Part shown: piece by piece, positions 58,679-64,000 of the stretch
Layout: every line of letters begins with the position of its first letter
Position numbering within the stretch: position 1 is the first letter of the stretch
Assembly: GCA_002255585.1 (NCBI GenBank)
Contig: NCBJ01000001.1
Span: forward strand, 49,987 to 113,986
Reading direction: 5' to 3'
Origin: Parcubacteria group bacterium 21-54-25
GTDB lineage: Bacteria > Patescibacteriota > Minisyncoccia > Phycocordibacterales > Phycocordibacteraceae
DNA length: 64,000 nt
Made by a program: the position numbers and the translations under genes
The notes under the pieces: generated by a model
Told to the model about the DNA's origin: nothing
What the model saw: only the letters and a program-made list of their open reading frames with translations
Databases searched by the model: none

Positions 58679-59710
58679 ATGAGGCTCGTCATAGCGACAC
58701 CACTGTATCCGCCCGAGCCGGGCGGACCGGCTACCTATGCAAAAGTTTTGGCGGAGGGGTTACCGGAGCGGGGCATCGAGGCGGCACTTGTGAAGTTTAG
58801 CGACGTGCGGCACCTGCCAAAGCTTGTGCGCCACGTTGCGTACTTCGGGCGAGTACGCCGCGCGCTCAGGGGTGCTGACGCCGTGCTTGTGCTTGATCCT
58901 GTCTCTACAGGGCTTCCCGCGTGTCTTGCCGCGTGGTCGCTCAAAAAGCCGCTTGTGGTGAAGGTGGTAGGTGACTACGCGTGGGAGCAGGGGCGGCAGC
59001 GTTTCGGGGTCACTGCGGGTTTAGATACGTTCGTGAAGACAAAAAAAGTACCGATAGCAGTGCGTTTTTTACGCAAGGTGCAGACTGGCGTCGCACACCG
59101 CGCGCGCGCGGTCATTGTGCCGAGTGCATACCTTAAAGGCATTGTGAAGAATTGGGGAATTCCAGAAGAGAAGATTCACGTTGTGTACAACGGCGTCGAG
59201 TTGACGGAATCACTGCCTACCCCCAAGCGCCCGAAGGGGCTTCTTGTTGTTTCAAGCGGACGCCGGGTGCCCTGGAAAGGGTTTGAGGCGCTTGGGCGTG
59301 TGGTGGCTCGTGAGCCGTCATGGCACCTACACATTGCCTCGGACGTTTCTCCTGGAGAAGCACGTGGGTGGGTGCGCGCGGCGGATGTTTTTGTTCTGAA
59401 CTCCACGTATGAGGGCCTTTCGCACGCACTCATTGAGGCCATGATGTTGGGCACGCCGATTATTGCCACTGCGGTTGGGGGTAATCCGGAACTTATTAAA
59501 GACGGTGTCACAGGGCTTCTTGTCCCACCCGGAGACGACGACGCGCTCCACGCCGCTCTGCAACAGGTCGACCACGACCCAGCCGCCGCGCGCACCCGCG
59601 CGGCGGCTGCCCAGAAAGCCGCCGCGCGCCTTACGCCAGCTGCTATGATTGAAAATACGGCAGCGCTCATACGATCCAATTTACCCAATTTAGGACACGG
59701 CGTGTCCTAA
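58679..59710 (+). CDS. Glycosyltransferase family 1 (GT4)
   Basis: The N-terminal domain as above. C-terminal LNSTYEGLSHALIEAMMLGTPIIATAVGGNPELIKDGVTGLLV. Confidence 0.75.
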   Translation: MRLVIATPLYPPEPGGPATYAKVLAEGLPERGIEAALVKFSDVRHLPKLVRHVAYFGRVRRALRGADAVLVLDPVSTGLPACLAAWSLKKPLVVKVVGDYAWEQGRQRFGVTAGLDTFVKTKKVPIAVRFLRKVQTGVAHRARAVIVPSAYLKGIVKNWGIPEEKIHVVYNGVELTESLPTPKRPKGLLVVSSGRRVPWKGFEALGRVVAREPSWHLHIASDVSPGEARGWVRAADVFVLNSTYEGLSHALIEAMMLGTPIIATAVGGNPELIKDGVTGLLVPPGDDDALHAALQQVDHDPAAARTRAAAAQKAAARLTPAAMIENTAALIRSNLPNLGHGVS

Positions 59711-59711
59711 A
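59687..59711. repeat. Palindrome family 2, copy C (ATTTAGGACACGGCGTGTCCTAAAT), at the 3' end of a glycosyltransferase gene
   Basis: Identical to copy B over 25 nt. It encodes the last residues LGHGVS plus the stop codon of CDS 58679-59710. Confidence 0.8.
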
Positions 59712-59721
59712 TATCTAAAAT

Positions 59722-60846
59722 ATGAAAGTCCTCTTTATTTCAAACGACCCGACGATTTTTGATCCGGAAAGTCCGCTGCGTACTCGTGAGCGCATGCGTG
59801 CGTACGCGGACGCTATCGGCGAACTACATATTATTTCGCGCGGTAGCGAAACTAAAGACGAGACGGACGGGCCACTTTTTCTCCACAGCATCAAACCACT
59901 ACCAACAGTCCTTGGACGAACGCTCTTCTTGTACACGTTTGGAAAGCGCGCGCGCAAACTTGTGAAGGAACTAGGTATCGAGGTTGTCTCGGCACAAGAC
60001 CCGTTTGAGCACGGTGCGGCTGCTCGCCGTGCGGTTTCTGGCACGAATGCAAAGTTGCACATACAGGTGCATACTGATTTCCTCTCGCCCTACTTCGCAA
60101 AGGAGTCGCGCAAAAACAAGGCGCGTGTGCGTATCGCTGATTCAGTACTGCCACAGGCCACTGGCGTTCGCGTTGTTTCTGAACGTATCAAAAAGTCACT
60201 GGTAGAGAGATACGGGGACCGTATACCGGAACCCGTCGTGATACCGATAGCCGCAGCGGTGCCAGCGCCCGAAAACGCGCCGCCGCCAAAATTTTCATTC
60301 AAGTTTTCGCTCCTGGCGGTGAGTCGGCTTGAGAAGGAAAAGTGTATCGGGGACCTCATTCGCGCCGTTGCCACCCTGGCAAAAACGCACTATCCAGTCG
60401 GGCTGTATGTCGTTGGTGCGGGGCGTGATCGTGCAGCCCTCTCGACGCTCGCGAGCACACTCGGTATCAGCGAACGTGTCATATTTCTGGGCGAGCAGCC
60501 AAACGTTGCGGCTTTATTTGCCCGCGCACAGGTGTTTGTGCAAGCAAGTTCGTATGAAGGATATGGCCGTACGTACATTGAAGCAGCACTTGTCGGCGTG
60601 CCGATGGTGGTCACGGATACCGGCATCATTGGCGAAGTCTTTAAGAATGGCGAGTCTGCACTCGTGTGCCCTGTGGGCGACGTAGCATGCCTCACCCACG
60701 CCATCGCAACCTTGATAGAAGAAAATGCCGAGCGCGTGCGTATTGGAGGAAACGCCAGGCGCGCGGCCGAGATGCACTTGTCGACCATGGGTAACGTCCC
60801 AGAGCGTATCGCCGCCGACCTTGCACAGCTTATCGCACGCGTATGA
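59722..60846 (+). CDS. Glycosyltransferase family 1 (GT4)
   Basis: VQASSYEGYGRTYIEAALVGVPMVVTDTGIIGEVF EX7E region. Confidence 0.7.
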   Translation: MKVLFISNDPTIFDPESPLRTRERMRAYADAIGELHIISRGSETKDETDGPLFLHSIKPLPTVLGRTLFLYTFGKRARKLVKELGIEVVSAQDPFEHGAAARRAVSGTNAKLHIQVHTDFLSPYFAKESRKNKARVRIADSVLPQATGVRVVSERIKKSLVERYGDRIPEPVVIPIAAAVPAPENAPPPKFSFKFSLLAVSRLEKEKCIGDLIRAVATLAKTHYPVGLYVVGAGRDRAALSTLASTLGISERVIFLGEQPNVAALFARAQVFVQASSYEGYGRTYIEAALVGVPMVVTDTGIIGEVFKNGESALVCPVGDVACLTHAIATLIEENAERVRIGGNARRAAEMHLSTMGNVPERIAADLAQLIARV

Positions 60847-61889
60847 AATTGCTTATCGTCACACAGGCTGTTGACCAGCACGATCCCGTGCTTGGATTTT
60901 TTGTGCAGTGGATAGAGGAGTTTGCAAGGCACGCAGAGCGGGTTGAGGTCATTTGTTTAAGAAAGGGGGAGTACCACTTGCTCTCAAATGTGCGCGTGCA
61001 CTCGCTCGGGAAAGAACGGAGCACGCCGCGCTTCGCGCGGCGCCTTGTCTACGCTTCTCGTTTCCTTCGGCTCGCATGGCGGCTGCGCCACGGCTACGAC
61101 ACCGTCTTCGTGCATATGAACCCGGAATATCTCGTCATCGCTGGTTGGCTCTGGCGGCTTCTCGGCAAGCGCACCGCACTCTGGTACACGCACAAAAGCG
61201 TCAACCTGAAACTGCGTATCGCGGTCTTTTGGGCGCGCGTTGTTTTTACCGCGTCAAAAGAGAGCTTTCGCCTTCCCACAAAAAAACTACAGATTGTCGG
61301 GCATGGCATTGATGTCGCCGCGTTTGTTGCCGCGCCGCGCAGGGCGCGGCGCGGCGCTCCCCTGCACATTCTCACCATCGGGCGCCTCGCTCCCAGCAAA
61401 CGCCTTGCAGAAATGCTCGCAGCGCTTGACGTGCTCCACCGAGAGGGCACCGCGTTCTCATTTACCATCGCGGGCGTGCCGGCAACGCGTGCGGACGAGG
61501 GGTACGAGCGCGCCGTTCGTGCGGACCTCATTCACAAGCCCTACGCGCGCACGGTCACCTTTTTGGGTGCTGTTTCGCACGCCTCCATTCCCGCGCTCCT
61601 TGCCAAGGCCGACGTGTTTGTAAACTTGAGTACGACCGGCAGCATGGATAAGGCGGTCTTGGAAGCGCTTGCGGCGGGCGTGCCGGCTGTGACCACAAAC
61701 GAAGCGTTTCGTGAGCTCCTTGAACCAGCCGGCCTTTTTGTCAAAGATGACATACCCGAAGCCATTGCCGCGGCGCTTCGTACCGCAGCCACCACAGATA
61801 TTGCTCCTGTCTCCGCGCGTATCCGCGCCGAGTACGCGCTCCCGGCGACCATCTCTCGCATCACCGCCGCACTTTCTCCGGGCGTATGA
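60843..61889 (+). CDS. Glycosyltransferase family 1
   Basis: VNLSTTGSMDKAVLEALAAGVPAVTTNEAFRELL EX7E-like region. 4-nt overlap with the upstream GT. Confidence 0.65.
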   Translation: MKLLIVTQAVDQHDPVLGFFVQWIEEFARHAERVEVICLRKGEYHLLSNVRVHSLGKERSTPRFARRLVYASRFLRLAWRLRHGYDTVFVHMNPEYLVIAGWLWRLLGKRTALWYTHKSVNLKLRIAVFWARVVFTASKESFRLPTKKLQIVGHGIDVAAFVAAPRRARRGAPLHILTIGRLAPSKRLAEMLAALDVLHREGTAFSFTIAGVPATRADEGYERAVRADLIHKPYARTVTFLGAVSHASIPALLAKADVFVNLSTTGSMDKAVLEALAAGVPAVTTNEAFRELLEPAGLFVKDDIPEAIAAALRTAATTDIAPVSARIRAEYALPATISRITAALSPGV

Positions 61890-62953
61890 AGCGCGTGCTC
61901 TTTTTCGGCATCTTTGATCCGGACTACGCGCGCTCGCGCGTTTTGTGCGAGGGGTTTGAAGCAAACGGATACACCGTAGAAATGTGCCGCGTCGATCCGC
62001 GCGCGCACCGCGGCGTGCGTAAATATTTGATGCTCTTCCGGCAGGGGAGGGTACGGAAAAAAGAACATTTTGAGTATATCTTTGTCCTTTTCCCCGGCCA
62101 CACGGTTGTGTGGCTCGCGCGGCTTCTTTTCGGGAAACGCATTATTTTTGACGCGTTCGTCTCACTATATAATTCAAATGTGCACGATCGCACGCGCTAC
62201 GTGGCGCGTTCTCTCCCTGCACTTCGCGACCGACTCTTTGACTGGTCGTCCTGTGCGCTTGCGGGGACGGTGCTTGTAGACACACAAGCGCATCGACAGT
62301 ATTTTATCGCGCGCCACCTCGCATCGCCCAAGAAAACGCTCGTTGTGCCAGTAGGAGCTTCGCAGGCATGGTTTGAGGCGGAAACGGCGCACGCACCACA
62401 AGCAAAACACAAAACAATCACCGTTGGTTTCTATGGCACGTATATTCCTCTGCAAGGAATTGACTCCATCGTGCGGGCTGCTGCAACCCTCTCTCGAGCG
62501 CCTCTACGGTTTGAGATCATTGGCAGTGGACAGGACACCGCCCGAATAGCTGCATTGATAAAAGAACTTGGCGGATTGCCCAATGTTACTTTTATCCCTC
62601 GGATTTCGCGTGATGAGCTTATTGAGCGCGTGAGATGTTTTGATATCAATCTTGGCATTTTTGGTACTACGGAAAAGGCGCAGCGTGTAGTACCCAATAA
62701 AGTATACGAAGCCGCAGCTCTTGGGAAAGCAGTCATAACCGCCGATACGCCGGCGGCACGCGAAATTTTTTCAGAAAAAGAAGTCATACTTGTGCCTTCG
62801 GGAGATCCGAGCGCGCTTGCCAAGGCGATCCGTAGCTTGGCTGCGGATCTCGCGCAGCGGCGACTCATCGCCACCGCTGCGCGAGAGCTCATGGTTGAGC
62901 GCTACACACCCGATAAAATAGTCGCGAACCTCCTCAAAGAACTGCCTCATTAA
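61886..62953 (+). CDS. Glycosyltransferase family 1
   Basis: GT-B fold pattern. C-terminal region GTTEKAQRVVPNKVYEAAALGKAVITADTPAAREIF. 4-nt overlap with the upstream GT. Confidence 0.6.
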   Translation: MKRVLFFGIFDPDYARSRVLCEGFEANGYTVEMCRVDPRAHRGVRKYLMLFRQGRVRKKEHFEYIFVLFPGHTVVWLARLLFGKRIIFDAFVSLYNSNVHDRTRYVARSLPALRDRLFDWSSCALAGTVLVDTQAHRQYFIARHLASPKKTLVVPVGASQAWFEAETAHAPQAKHKTITVGFYGTYIPLQGIDSIVRAAATLSRAPLRFEIIGSGQDTARIAALIKELGGLPNVTFIPRISRDELIERVRCFDINLGIFGTTEKAQRVVPNKVYEAAALGKAVITADTPAAREIFSEKEVILVPSGDPSALAKAIRSLAADLAQRRLIATAARELMVERYTPDKIVANLLKELPH

Positions 62954-63113
62954 ATCTGCTAGAATGCGTCCATGATCCCTTTTCTTGGTTCTCGCAAACC
63001 CGATTTTCGGGCAGGGCGCCACGCACTCATGCAGGAGCGCTATACGTCCAGGCGTGTGGTCGTTGGGATCCTCGAGGCGCTTCGGCAGTGAACAACTGCG
63101 ACTCGATTTTTGG

Positions 63114-63983
63114 TTACGGTGTCACCGTGCGTCCGATCTTGAGCCACACGACCCATCCCATGAGAGCCCACCACACGGACGGGTAGTAGGTGTAGGCGCC
63201 AAATCGGTACCGCAGTGGCAGTGGGGCGTCTTTAGCGAGCACCCTGATGTCGGTTCTCGGCACTTCTACGGAGGCATCATTTTCCTCGGTCAAAAATAAG
63301 TCTGACCAATACAGACAAGATATGCCAAGACCTCTATGCAGTATGTTGCGACTTAGCCCGATCTCTCCCTGGTTAATAATGTCCAATCGATCGGCGCACC
63401 CTGCTCCAGGGTACGCGGTACACATGTCTTCCAGGTGCTGCCATTGAGTGAGATACACATAGGTCTGCACGTGTGCTGTTTGCCCTGGAACTGGACGTTT
63501 TGGATGCCCGACGAGATTGATGGTGCTACCCACCAAGCCGGTTTTTGGAAACTTCATATACTGATCCACGTACGACTGATACCATGAACGAGAGAAGGGG
63601 CCATACGCACTCCTATTTCTAACCATAATGAAATCCTCAGCCGCGGCCTCTTTTTGCATGTGTTGCAAGCACGCTTCAACGGAACTGAAATCTCGACCAA
63701 TATTGCTTTTCCAAATAATCTCTTGAACTTCGAGCCAGGGGCAGTCCGCGGCCATTTTCCGCAGGCCATTGATAGCCCGCAAATCAGTTGCGTTGACGCC
63801 CCGCACACAGCTTATGGCTATATACACAAGTACCCGATCGACGCCGGGGTTCAGGCGCGCCATGTTTCTAAAATTGAGAAAATCAGCGAGATAGTTGGGG
63901 GCATCGTTCGCGGTTGCGTACGCTAGAAAGAATTTCCGGGCTTTCCGGGGTGGTGTTTTGAGGTACGGATTAGCCACATTCAT
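63114..63983 (-). CDS. Hypothetical protein (289 aa), possibly polysaccharide-biosynthesis related
   Basis: Convergent with the GT operon. No motif recognised with confidence. Confidence 0.4.
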   Translation of the reverse strand: MNVANPYLKTPPRKARKFFLAYATANDAPNYLADFLNFRNMARLNPGVDRVLVYIAISCVRGVNATDLRAINGLRKMAADCPWLEVQEIIWKSNIGRDFSSVEACLQHMQKEAAAEDFIMVRNRSAYGPFSRSWYQSYVDQYMKFPKTGLVGSTINLVGHPKRPVPGQTAHVQTYVYLTQWQHLEDMCTAYPGAGCADRLDIINQGEIGLSRNILHRGLGISCLYWSDLFLTEENDASVEVPRTDIRVLAKDAPLPLRYRFGAYTYYPSVWWALMGWVVWLKIGRTVTP

Positions 63984-64000
63984 TACTGGTTACGATACGC

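Overview
The window is a 64-kb chromosomal segment with about 58% GC that looks like a reduced-genome bacterium. I infer a Candidate Phyla Radiation (Patescibacteria)-like lineage from the features below.

All rRNA and tRNA genes are on the + strand:
- a 23S rRNA gene (about 23966-28222) interrupted by three ORF-less group I introns and a helix-45 intervening sequence;
- a 5S rRNA (28329-28457) followed by duplicated 5S 3'-end fragments;
- an unlinked 16S rRNA (about 41400-42857) with tRNA-Ile(GAT), located about 13 kb downstream of the 23S-5S unit;
- the 16S 3' end appears to lack the canonical CCUCC anti-Shine-Dalgarno.

Ordinary housekeeping genes include recA (partial), ftsK, rplJ-rplL, rpmF, rnc-smc, a SEDS protein, folD, secD-secF, murD-murI-murC and rsmI. 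A glycosyltransferase-rich envelope-polysaccharide locus spans 52.9-63 kb, and several large secreted or surface proteins carry peptidoglycan-binding or lamin-tail domains.

The most notable feature is a REP-associated tyrosine transposase (RAYT, 8164-8883). It is flanked by five copies of a 21-nt palindromic REP (GAGTAAGGTT[T/A]AACCTTACTC) in alternating orientations, with a sixth copy at 13.4 kb. A second 25-nt palindrome family (ATTTAGGACACGGCGTGTCCTAAAT) occurs twice inside 23S intron 2 and once at the 3' end of a glycosyltransferase gene, which suggests it is mobile.

Other unusual features are a NusB-NUDIX fusion, an SMC with shortened coiled coils, and an HTH/nucleotidyltransferase-like protein next to a REP. 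No CRISPR array, reverse transcriptase or integrase was seen.
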